Below are positions 12,470-22,049 of a stretch of 64,000 nucleotides of DNA, one piece after another. The first letter of the stretch is position 1; the number at the start of each line of letters is the position of its first letter. Source of the DNA: Heteronotia binoei (Eukaryota). Location: the NCBI RefSeq assembly GCF_032191835.1, contig NC_083237.1, positions 17,422,001 through 17,486,000 of the forward strand, given 5' to 3'. Made by a program: the position numbers and the translations under genes. The notes under the pieces were generated by a model. That model did not search any database. It was given only the letters and a program-made list of their open reading frames with translations, and was not told the origin of the DNA.

Positions 12470-13176
12470 TAGGGTTGCCAAGTCCAATTCAAGAAATATA
12501 TGGGGACTTTGGGGGTGGAGCCAGGAGACCTTGGGGTGGAGCCAGGAGGCCCTGGGGGCAGAGCCAGGAGCAAGGGTGTGACAAGCATAATTGAACTCCA
12601 AGGGAGTTCTGGTCATCACATGTAAAGGGACAGCACACCTTTTTAAAAGCTTTCCTTCCATAGGAAATAATGAAAGCTAGGGGCACCTTATTTTGGGGCT
12701 CATAGAATTGGACCTCCTGGTCCAATCGTTTTGAAACTTGGGGGGTATTTTGAGGAGAGGCACTAGATGCTATTCTGAAAATGTGGTGCCTCTAACACAA
12801 AAAACAGCCCCCCCAGAGCCCCCGATATATCCAGATCAATTCTCCATTATACCCTATGAGAATCGATCTCCACATAGGGAATAATGAAGTGCCTAGCAGA
12901 CATTTCCCTCCCCCTCCCTGTTTCTGGGGACTCCGAAGTGAGGGACTGGCCTCTTTACTCACGAGTTGCTGCCAACTTCTTCAAAGTAACACAGACACCC
13001 CATCCCAAGAGGAAGCCTTTCTGAGCGGAGACTGAAACCTCTGGAGGGGGAAAGGTACATGGGGGCTGTGGGGCTGGGGCTTCCCTTCCCCTGCTGGCCA
13101 GCTGAGTGGGGGGGGGAGGAGCCTGGGAAAGCGGGAGAACCTCCCCCCCGCTGGGACCTGGGGATTGGCAAGCCTA
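12470..13176. mobile_element. hAT-type non-autonomous element, family 2
   Basis: TAGGGTTGCCAA ... TTGGCAAGCCTA with a perfect 8-bp TSD CTTATTTA. Confidence 0.9.
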
Positions 13177-13886
13177 CTTATTTATTATATTAGGCTTTTA
13201 TACTAACCTCCCCGCAAGCTTGTTAGAAAACATCCTTAAAGTGGCATAGCTGGTCAGTGTGAAAGTACAAGGCCACATCTTTTTAGCCTGGGTGAAGGAA
13301 TATTGTAGAGCTGCAAATTAATGCCTTTACGTAAATGCTGCCTTTGCAGTCCCAGAGTCCATAGAGTGTGAGCATCAAAGTGTGACCTGTAAGGGACAAA
13401 GCAATGGGCAAAACCAAAACCAAAGCAGGCCACTGCTGCAGTCAGCACAGCCCCCACCCTTCAAGCAGCTGCTTGCTAGAACTCCAGTTCCAAGAATCCC
13501 TCCGTTCAGAGCCCTGGCTGTGAGAATGACTTCTCTTCTTCCTGCAGAGTCCGGCAGTGGCCAAGACAGGAGAGCCAACCCCGTCGGCTCCCAGCTGCCC
13601 GTCCGCCGCACCCACGTCCCGCCGGAGCGTCACCAACTTTTTTCAGTGGGTCCGCAACGTCTTTAGCCGGTCTTCCCTAAGGAGTCAACAGCGCAGCCCA
13701 GCTGCAAGAGGCGAAAGGCAGCGCAAAAATATCGGCACGCGGCTGCGAGGCTGGATCAGGAAGCACCGGGGGCGAGTGCACCCCGACAACTGCTGAGGCG
13801 CAGACAGGTCACGAGCGCTCAAACTTTGTGAACGAGGACTTCCTGCTGCTTTTAAACTGTTTACTCATCATGGTTACTGCTAGTAC

Positions 13887-14604
13887 TAGATATAATAAGG
13901 CTTGCTGAAGCATTAGCTATGGAAAGGCTTGCTGAAGCATTAGTTATGGTAAGGCTTGCTGAAGCATTAGTTATAGTAAGGCTTGCTGAAGCATTAGTTA
14001 TGGTAAGGCTTGCTGAAGCATTAGTTATAGTAAGGCTTGCTGAAGCATTAGTTATAGTAAGGCTTGCTGAAGCATTAGTTATGGTAAGGCTTGCTGAAGC
14101 ATTAGTTATAGTAAGGCTTGCTGAAGCATTAGTTATGGTAAGGCTTGCTGAAGCATTAGATATAGTAAGGCTTGCTGAAGCATTAGATATAATAAGGCTT
14201 GCTGAAGCATTAGTTATAGTAAGGCTTGGTGAAGTATTAGTTATGGAAAGGCTTGCTGAAGCATTAGTTATGGTAAGGCTTGCTGGAGCATTAGTTATAG
14301 TAAGGCTTGCTGAAGTAATAGTTATGGTAAGGCTTGCTGAAGCATTAGATATAATAAGGCTTGCTGAAGCATTAGTTATAGTAAGGCTTGCTGAAGCATT
14401 AGTTATGGTAAGGCTTGCTGAAGTAATAGTTATGGTAAGGCTTGCTGAAGCATTAGATATAATAAGGCTTGCTGAAGCATTAGTTATGGTAAGGCTTGCT
14501 GAAGCATTAGATATAATAAGGCTTGCTGAAGCATTAGTTATAGTAAGGCTTGCTGAAGCATTAGTTATAGTAAGGCTTGCTGAAGTATTAGGTATGGTAA
14601 GGCT
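13887..14604. repeat. 27-bp minisatellite, about 26 units (GTAAGGCTTGCTGAAGCATTAGTTATA)
   Basis: Direct inspection; translates as 9-aa repeats (VRLAEALVI on plus, ITNASASLT on minus). Confidence 0.97.
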
Positions 14605-14734
14605 GAATCCCACCACTGCACACACCCCTGTTGTAGCCAATTCTCCTGGAGCTTGCAGTAAGCCCTGTAAAAAGAGCCCTGTAAGAGCCCTGTAAGCTCT
14701 TGGAGATGTAGCATAATGTGCAAAGGAGTTCCAC

Positions 14735-15021
14735 TTTGGTGTAGCAGTTAAGTGTGTGGACTCTTATCTGGGAGAACCGGGTTTGATTCCCCACTCCTCC
14801 ACTTGCAGCTGCTGGAATGGTCTTGGGTCAGCCATAGCTTTCGTAGGAGCTGTCCTTGAAAAGGCAGTTTCTGTTAAAGCTCTCTCAGTCCCACCCACCT
14901 CACAGGGTGTCTGTTGTTGGGGGGAAGGTAAAGGAGATTGTGACCACTCTGAGATGCAGAGTGTAGGGCAGGGTATAAATCCAATATCATCATCTTCTTC
15001 TTCTTCTACTACTACTACTAC
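14735..15021 (+). mobile_element. tRNA-headed MIR/Ther1-derived (Squam3-like) SINE
   Basis: TGGTGTAGCAG (A-like box), GGTTTGATTCC (B box), core CACCTCACAGGGTGTCTGTTG, L2-like tail GGGCAGGGTATAAAT and a microsatellite end. Confidence 0.8.
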
Positions 15022-15076
15022 AAAAGAAGCCCTACTGCCCAGCATGGATTCTTTTTTGCGGGGCAGGGGGAGAGGG

Positions 15077-15295
15077 TTGCCATCAAGTCACAGCTGAATC
15101 CCCCCCCCCAAAAAAATTCTGTTTTTATTTTAATTGTAGGTGTCTTGGTCGGGATTTCAAGGCAAGAGAGGTGGTTTGTCATATCTTGGCCTCTTCATCA
15201 CAACCCTGGACTTCCTTGGGGGCCTCCCATCCTCATATTGACCCCCTGCTTAGCTTCTTCGATCTGACAAGACCAGGCCTGCCGGGGCATCCAGG
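15077..15295 (-). mobile_element. 5S rRNA-derived SINE, antisense, ending 10 bp before the NAT ATG
   Basis: The minus strand has GTCAGATCGAAGAAGCTAAGCAGGG...GGATGGGAGGCC (5S A and C boxes), then a Sauria/Bov-B-like tail CAAACCACCTCTCTTGCCTTGAAA...CAGCTGTGACTTGATGGCAA. Confidence 0.7.
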
Positions 15296-15305
15296 TCAGG
15301 ACAAC

Positions 15306-16089
15306 ATGGACGTTAGCCAATATCTATTTCGGATCGGGTACCAGGGTCCCGCCCAGCCTTCTCTGGAGACCTTGCGCCGTCTCCACCGTTGCCATCTCCT
15401 CTCCGTGCCCTTTGGGAGCCTTGGCGTTGCCCCTTCTCTACAACAAGATTGTCCGGTGCCACCGGGACGGTTTCTGTTACGAGCTGAACGGGCTTTTCTT
15501 TTGGCTGCTGCAGACACTGGGATTTGACACCAAAGCAGTGTCCGGTCGCTTCCGGAACCCTTTCACGGGGCACTATGGCCCCCCTATGCACCATATGGTG
15601 ATTTTGGTCCAGTTGGATGGACGCTCCTTCCTCTGCGATGTCGGTTTTGGGGAATCCTTTCTAGAGCCACTGGAGTTGAAGCCGGACTCAGAACAAGTCA
15701 AAGATGGAGGCATCTTCTGGCTCGGCAATAAGGGGGGAGTTTGGGTCTTGGAGCGCCGGGAAGTTCCTGGCAAGGAAGGGAGACCTTTGTATCAATTCAC
15801 CCTTGAGGAGAAGAAGCTGGAGGATTTTGCTGACATGTGCCTTTATCACCAGACTTCGCCCAGTTCTATCTCCCCCTGCAAATCCTTCTGTTCCTTGCAT
15901 CAGGAAGACGGTGGGCGCCTTACCTATATGGGATGGCGTCTCATCTCCACAATGGGGGAGAAACGTACGGAGACCCCACTGCAAAGCTCTGAGATCCCAG
16001 CCGTCCTGCGTGAGAAATTTGGGATTCAGTTGGAGAGGGACTTCGAGCCAAAGGATGAAAAGATCATGCCACCTCCTGAAGAAGACTGA
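15306..16089 (+). pseudogene. NAT: Arylamine N-acetyltransferase pseudogene (copy 1)
   Basis: 784 nt versus 813 nt in the paralogues. A 29-bp deletion (TGAGCATCCACTGTGGGGAGCCAATCTCC) after 15420 shifts the frame upstream of the catalytic Cys. Confidence 0.92.
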
Positions 16090-16686
16090 GAAGGTAGAAG
16101 GGAAACGGGTCTCCGATTTGGACAGCAGGCTAGAAACTGGATTATACATCATCTCTTTGCACACAGGTTTCAGTCTCTGTCAGAACTGATGTCATATCAC
16201 AGGATGTTCCAGAGCCTGGCATGAGGAGGCCGGGGTTTCAGTTCTGAATATTCCCTTGTCTTCGAGGCATCCGATGTGACATTTTGGAAAGATACCATTG
16301 CAGCAGTCTGTTTAAAAAAAAATGCTGGTCCTTTTCATTTTTCTAGTGCGGTTTACAGTTTTTTCGAGTTGCACTTAAAGGCCTCGATATAATCTTAAGG
16401 ACCACAACAGAATATGTGAACTTGAATGCATATTGTTAATGAGCGTATGGAAAATTTATTGTGTAAAATTCATTGAATGATTATACAGGTGACTGCAAAT
16501 AATATGTTTCTATTATTAGACACGTGGTGTAGTTTCTTTTTGTTTCTCCTTTGTTCATTATCATCCCATTCCCTATTTGTGGTGTGTTTAAACAAAAGCC
16601 TGTGCAAGCAGAAAACCAGCAGACCAAGGGGACAGATCTGCTAAAGTCATAATTAAAAAGTGAGTGCAGCTGTGGGTAACAAGTCC

Positions 16687-16872
16687 CAGGGCTTTTTTTT
16701 TTTGTAGCAGGAATTTCTTTGTATATTAAGCCACAGGCCCCTGATGTAGCCAGTCCTCCAAGAGCTTTCAGTAGGTCCTGTACTAAGAGCCCTGTAAGCT
16801 CCTGGAGGATTGGCTACATTAGGGGTGTGTGGCCTAATATGCAAAGGAGCTCCTGCTAGAATTCCACCCCTG
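16687..16872. mobile_element. Chimeric hAT MITE (family-1 left end, different right end)
   Basis: Starts CAGGGCTTTTTT but ends CTAGAATTCCACCCCTG; the two parental MITEs are separate in N3 (52559-52923). Confidence 0.75.
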
Positions 16873-18074
16873 CTAACAACAAACTTCTTTATTGAAAGAA
16901 CCAAACTGGAAAGCAATCAGGCAAAACAGGCAATATACATAGTTGGGGAAGGACACACCTCTTTTAGTCGGCTGGAATCTGCCCCATTGGTCTCTCCAGG
17001 ATCCTTCATTTGCATGTACATTGATACACGCCTTGTGTCCCGATTGGCCAGTTCAGACAGAATAGCCAATCAGAACGTAGGCATTTGGGTCCTGGAGGGT
17101 AGAACCATGCTTCAGTTACTAACACTATGAACAGTATATGAGCAAGAACACAGAACAGCACATAATAGTCTTGCTAGTTTTCTATCTGCAGGAAGTTTGG
17201 GCATGGGCAAGCATTCTAAAACACCATCTCCAATCTAATCACGCAGACCACTCTACCTGCATGTGTGAACGAGGCCTCCTCGTGCCTCTGCACTGGGTTT
17301 AATGAGCTCCTTTCCATGAAGAGATGCAGCAGCCTTACCTGTCCACAGTGGAGGCAGGCTCACAGGAACTCATGCAGATCTGCAACAGGTAGACTCCAAG
17401 GGCAGATTGCTCTTATTTTTAAAACAAGCCTTGGGCAAGAGGTAAGAATGAAGCACGAATCCAATTTTAACTCAGAAGCAAGCCTGCATCAGCTACCAGC
17501 TGTTAGGGAAACAGCAGGTTCAAAGAACAACAGATGTGTACCAGTCACAGAGGAGCTGCATGAAGAGCATTGATAGCCACCCTCTGCCACGTGAAGCAGG
17601 CAGATAAAGAAGTCCCTGTTCTCGAAAGAAGGGGCGGGGAGAGAGCAGAGCTCCTTCAGGCGCCCGGTAGGGATTCCTTTGCACGTTACAGGAGGCCTGG
17701 CTATAGGTGAGGGGTGTTCATACTGACTTTTAAAGGGTTGAGGGAGGAGCCAAAAGCGGGGCTAGTTGAAACAGGAGAAGCCCACACCATGGGTTGTAAA
17801 CAAGCCTTTTTGACTTGCATGTAAAGCAGGGATTTCGGTGGTGTGCGACAACCAGGAGTAAGAGCTGGGAAGAGTGGGCTGGGAGGGGGATCGGGGGGGG
17901 GGGGGGATGAAAAAGCAGGGAAGACCTAAGGTGACCACATTTCTTTCTTTCGAAGGCTCCTGAACTTCTAAGTCCTGCAAGACAGGTAGGAATTCATGAT
18001 TTTTTCATCCCTGCAGGGGAGACACACACCTCCTTATTTTTGTCTGTCTTGCAGCTATTACAGGTTCATGCGCT

Positions 18075-18291
18075 CTGCGAAGTTGTTCAGGGTGGTGAGA
18101 ACCAGGGAGGACTGTGAGGCACTCCAGAGGGATCCGTCAAGGCTGGGCGAATGGGTGTCAACATGGCAAAGGAGGTTCAATGTGGGCAAGTGCCAAGTAA
18201 TAAATACACAGTGGGGCCAAAAATCCTAACTATAAATATACATTAATGGGGTCTGAACTGGCAGTAACTGTAGATAACTCCCTTGAAAACG
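18075..18291 (+). mobile_element. CR1 RT fragment cut at the duplication junction
   Basis: KLFRVVRTREDCEALQRD..RLGEW...RFNVGKC. The same copy continues uninterrupted only in N3 (54130-55080); also cut at about 26495-26712 in N2. Confidence 0.85.
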
Positions 18292-18361
18292 GTCCGATTT
18301 AGAAGCAGCTCTGGACGCACCAGTCCGAGCTGCTTCTAATCTCGCGTCGCCCTGGTTCTTA

Positions 18362-18637
18362 GCCAGTTTGGTGTAGTGGTTAAGTGCGTGGACTCTTACC
18401 TGGGAGAACCGGGTTTGATTCCCCACTCCTCCACTTGCACCTGCTGGAATGGCCTTGGGTCACCATAGCTCTCGCAGGAGTTGTCCTTGAATGGGCAGAT
18501 TCTGTGAAAGCCCTCTCACCCCCACCCACCTCACAAGGTGTCTGTTGTGGGGGAAGAAAATAAAGGAGATTGTAAACCGCTCTGAGCCTCTGATTCAGAG
18601 AGAAGGGCAGGGTATAAATCTGCGGTTTTCTTCTTCT
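18362..18637 (+). mobile_element. Squam3-like SINE
   Basis: GCCAGTTTGGTGTAGTGG head, GGTTTGATTCC B box, GGGCAGGGTATAAAT tail. Confidence 0.8.
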
Positions 18638-18854
18638 TATGTTCAGAAATCCAGATATTGTGTAATGACACTCCTCAGCTTCTTTCCACCAACATCATGA
18701 AACTAGAAAACAAATGAACATCTTAATCCCACTTAAAGCTGTGATGACCAATGTTGCAAGTGCCAGAAGCTGATCCAGCTGCTCTTCTTGTCACAGTGGA
18801 GGTAGGAAGTCCAGTTGAATCACAGCTGACATAGAGTAACCTCATAGGGTTTTC

Positions 18855-19041
18855 CAGGGCTTTTTTTTTTTTGCAGCAGGAGCTCCTTTGCATATTAGGC
18901 CACATACCCTTGATGTAGCCGATCCTCTAAGAGCTTACAGGGCTCTTCATACAGGGCCTGCTGTAAGCTCTTGGAGGATTGGCTACATCAGGGGTGTGTG
19001 GCCTAATAGGCAAAGGAGTTCCTGCTACAAAAAAAGCCCTG
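18855..19041. mobile_element. hAT MITE, family 1
   Basis: CAGGGCTTTTTT/AAAAAAGCCCTG; TSD GGGTTTTC/CGGTTTTC (one mismatch). Confidence 0.85.
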
Positions 19042-19195
19042 CGGTTTTCAAGACAGGAGAAGTGGTTGGCCATTGCTGCATGTGTGCGGAAATCCTGGAC
19101 ATCCACCGGCCAGGATCGACAACTGCATAGATTCTGAGATTGGATGAAATCAGGACATCCCAATCAGGGCTTTTTGGATTACAACTAGAAAAATT

Positions 19196-19292
19196 CTAGA
19201 ACAAAGTGTGAGTCCAGTAGCACTTTTCAGACCAACAAAGTTTTATTCGCGGTATGAGCTTTTGTGTGCAAGCACATTTCTTCAAGTACAAA
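19196..19292 (-). mobile_element. Decayed Neptune-type Penelope pseudo-LTR fragment
   Basis: The minus strand reads AATAAAACTTTGTTGGTCTGAAAAGTGCTACTGGACTC, similar to 972-1085. Confidence 0.55.
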
Positions 19293-19576
19293 CAATGGAA
19301 TAAAACCTCCTCAGGTCCTTCTTACAGGAGAAGGGGGGGGGGGGGAGCAGATATTAGGAAGCTCTACTCATAGCCAAGATGCATAAGTTGAGCTGAAATA
19401 GGATCAGGTGACGGATAAAATCAACAAATGGCAGCAAATCTGCACGTGTATGCGACAAAATAGTGCTTCGGCCCTGGTGTCATTTTGGGCTGGAAGCAGC
19501 CAGCAAAGCCTGAGATGATTTTAAAGAAGTGTCTCGATAAAATGACAGTTTGACAACCTCTTCAGCGCAGCTGCCT

Positions 19577-19845
19577 GAACATAAGAGAAGCCATGTTTTT
19601 TTATTCTTTCACATTTATATTTTTTATTATATTCACATCCAAATAATTCATAGAAAACACTGCATAACAATCCAAATACCAATACCCCCCCACACAAAAC
19701 GATACATACAATACACAAAATACATGAGAAGCCATGTTGGATCAGGCCAATGGCCCATCCAGTCCAACACTCTGTGTCACACAGTGGCCAAAACAAGCAA
19801 GTGCCATCAGGAGGTCCACCAGTGGGGCTAGAAGCCCTCTCACTG
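19577..19845 (-). mobile_element. CR1 tail interrupted by a 130-bp insertion (19596-19725)
   Basis: GAGAAGCCATG is duplicated at 19585-19595 and 19726-19736 around a sequence that begins with a T run. Confidence 0.75.
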
Positions 19846-19871
19846 TATTTCTCTTCAAAGAGAACTGTATT

Positions 19872-20134
19872 ACCGTTTTCGCACACAGCTTACCTCGCAG
19901 TAACAATCCTGTTCCCTCCGCAGCGTCTGTAGGATTTCCCACCATCTGTGCCGGAGTTACAAGAAGTGCCGCGGCTTTTGCGTAGCAAACGTTAACTGGG
20001 TTTTAGCAGTTTACGTTTGCTACACAAAAGCTGCGACACTTCCTGTAACTTCGGCGCAGATGGTGGGAAATCCAACCAGACACTGCGGAGGGAACAGGAT
20101 TGTGACTGCGAGGTAAGCTGTGTGCAAAAATGGT
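19872..20134. mobile_element. Palindromic (foldback) MITE with about 120-bp arms
   Basis: ACCGTTTTCGCACACAGCTTACCTCGCAG...GTAGCAAACGT is mirrored by ACGTTTGCTAC...CTGCGAGGTAAGCTGTGTGCAAAAATGGT with a loop of about 20 nt. Only the right arm survives in X2 (about 27330-27452). Superfamily not established. Confidence 0.8.
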
Positions 20135-20878
20135 CCAATTCTTTTCAAAGCCAGGATTCCTCTAGGAAACATAGCCATACAGTTCTCACATTTTCTCTGC
20201 CTTATTCATGGGTAATTCATTTCATTCACTTATTGGACCATTAAATCCAACATTAGTGAAATCCCAGTTGTTACATTTTAATTCATGGCTGGAGAACTGA
20301 CTTGGGAAGGTTCCTTCTCAATTTTATATCCTATCTAAAACAGACCAACACAATCAGAGAGAATGACACATCCTCTCCAGCAGAGGGCAGCACACACAAA
20401 CATATCTATTATACTTTATGCTCCGTGAAAGGTGTTACTATTTTACAGTGACAGACTAGCATGGCTAACTCCTTTGGATCCAGGGCCTTTTCTGAGCAGG
20501 AACGCAGTTCCGGCTGGCTTGGCATCAGGGGGTGTGGCCTAATGTGCAAATGAGTTCCTGCTGGGCTTTTTCTGCAAAAATGCCCTGTGTGAAACAATGT
20601 TGCTGTTGCAAACTCCTTCATTTCCAGCAGCAGTGCATAGGGCAGCCTCCATGCGGAAACACCCTACAACAGCTACAGGAATTATCTATACATTTAAGCT
20701 AGTTTCATGGACAGCGCCTGTCCCAACACCGGATTCAATACATTTTTTGTGAAGCTGCCAAGAGTTATCTAAACATCCCCAGTCTTTCAGAAAAGAATAG
20801 TCCAAAGGTTAACTGATTTGCTAACTGCCGTACACTCAGGACATGTATATCTGGCTGCTGCACAATCAACACAACACT

Positions 20879-20929
20879 TTGAGAGAGAGAGAAAGAGACA
20901 GACAGACAGACAGACAGAGACAGACAGAG
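20879..20929. repeat. (GA)n/(GACA)n microsatellite
   Basis: Direct inspection; shorter copy at about 28210-28245. Confidence 0.9.
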
Positions 20930-21039
20930 AATCCCACATTTCATTGCTGTTTTGTGTGATTGGTCCTATATCCTCTTTGATTTCCTCAGCCAGAGACTCC
21001 TAGGGGTTAAGATGCCATCATAAAGTCAAAGGCAAAGCT

Positions 21040-21100
21040 ATTGGATAGGCTCTTTGCAGTGCCCAGGGGTCACGTGACAGGACTCATTTCCTCTTTTGCT
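21040..21100 (+). promoter_or_regulatory. Candidate NAT promoter/first-exon region: reverse CCAAT (ATTGG) and palindromic E-box GTCACGTGAC
   Basis: GTCACGTGAC at 21069-21078 (copy at 28385-28394) in non-repetitive sequence about 1 kb upstream of the NAT ATG. Motif evidence only. Confidence 0.3.
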
Positions 21101-21401
21101 CTCCCTTTCATTTCCTATAGTGAAACCGAGGACTTTGCTCTAAGCCAACCAGCGTGAGGAACTCCAGAAATTCCAGCGGAGTCATGCTCTTTGAACTGAG
21201 CCAGCCAGGATGGCAGGAGGAGACGGGAGTCAAGATTCCTGGGTTCTTGGACTGGAAATACGGTTGGCTGAGCTGTCAACTATGAATTAGAGATCCCTGA
21301 GCCAGAAGACTTGTTGGAGGAGAAAATCAGGTCTGATGAGCTGTCAGTGGAGGGAGCATAAAGTAGATTCCTGACTCCTGTCGCTTCTGCATCCTGCTCA
21401 G

Positions 21402-21570
21402 CAGAGCTTTTTTTTTTTTTTGTAGCAGGAACTCCTTTGCATATTTAGGCCACACACCCCTGTTGTAGCCAATTCTCCTGGAGCTTACAGTAAGCCCTGT
21501 AAGAAGAGCCCTGTAAGCTCTTGGAGGATTGGCTACATCAGGGAGATGTAGCGTAATATGCAAAGGAGTT
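21402..21570. mobile_element. Family-1 MITE, unsplit at the site where block Y sits in the other units
   Basis: Continuous ...TTTGCATATTTAGGCCACACACCCCTGTTGTAGCC...; left half alone at 28741-28792, right half alone from 14619 and 49717. Confidence 0.85.
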
Positions 21571-21574
21571 CGTC

Positions 21575-21800
21575 TTTGGTGTAGCAGTTAAGTGTGTGGA
21601 CTCTTATCTGGGAGAACTGGGTTTAATTCCCCACACCTCCACTTGCAGCTGCTGGAATGGCCTTGGGTCAGCCATAGCTTTCGTAGGAGCTGGCCTTGAA
21701 AGGGCAGTTTCTGTTAAAGCTCTCTCAGCCCCACCCACCTCACAGGGTGTCTGTTGTTGGGGGGAAGGTAAAGGAGATTGTGACCACTCTGAGATGCAGA
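21575..21800 (+). mobile_element. Squam3-like SINE, 3' tail deleted
   Basis: Paralogue of 14735-15021, lacking the tail and spacer. Confidence 0.8.
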
Positions 21801-21817
21801 GGGGGGGGGGGAGAGGG

Positions 21818-22039
21818 TTGCCATCAAGTCACAGCTGAATCCCCCCCCCAAAAAAAGTTTTTATTTTCATTGTAGGTGACCTTGTCGGGATTTCAAGGCA
21901 AGAGAGGTGGTTTGTCATTTCTTGGCCTCTTCATCACAACCCTGGACTTCCTTGGGGGCCTCCCATCCTAATATTGACCCCATCTGACCCTGCTTAGCTT
22001 CTGCGATCTGACAAGACCAGGCCTGCCGGGGAATCCAGG
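21818..22039 (-). mobile_element. 5S rRNA-derived SINE, antisense, abutting the NAT start
   Basis: Paralogue of 15077-15295. Confidence 0.7.
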
Positions 22040-22049
22040 TCAGGACAAC

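Larger units (their letters stand above)
7459..13796 (+). pseudogene. Uncharacterised multi-exon gene remnant 'G', copy A (acidic Glu/Ser/Pro-rich protein with a basic C-terminus ending RGRVHPDNC)
   Basis: Candidate phase-0 exons with canonical sites: 7459-7623 (TTGCAG / GAG|GTGAGT), a segment ending 8031 (AAG|GTAAGA), 10016-10195 (TATTCAG / GTG|GTAAGT), 11568-11903 (CCTTCCAG / AAG|GTGAAG, weak donor), 13548-13796 (TTCCTGCAG, ends in TGA). The 7.0-8.0 kb region reads as coding-like peptides broken by frameshifts and stops. No start codon identified. Confidence 0.5.
1..14604. other. Duplicated block Y, copy A (left end outside the window)
   Basis: Base 1 aligns with 29358, and the block is colinear with 29358-49700 apart from TE indels and small deletions or duplications. 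Confidence 0.95.
14619..18291. other. Duplicated module N1 (right half of MITE, SINEs, NAT, truncated CR1)
   Basis: Colinear with 21451-26712 and 49717-54343; lacks the segment that follows the NAT 3' flank in N2 (about 22988-24618) and N3. Confidence 0.92.
18292..21450. other. Duplicated module X1
   Basis: Colinear with 26713-28792, which lacks about 18908-19995. Confidence 0.92.

Noticed and set aside
13349-13519. Extra exon of gene G (PESIECEHQ...RALA)
   Set aside because: It would leave a 28-nt intron before the last exon, and copy B has a frameshifting C-run expansion and a deletion at its acceptor.
13887-14604. CRISPR-like array
   Set aside because: Units are contiguous with no unique spacers, there are no cas genes, and the DNA is eukaryotic.
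13861-14695. 258-259-aa ORFs on both strands (mucin- or antifreeze-like repeats)
   Set aside because: A by-product of a 27-bp unit lacking stops in those frames; no credible start, splice context or conserved length across the three arrays.
14735-14810. tRNA genes (here and at 140-212, 18362, 26783, 49831, 63150-63221)
   Set aside because: The A/B boxes are SINE heads that continue into SINE bodies; no complete cloverleaf.
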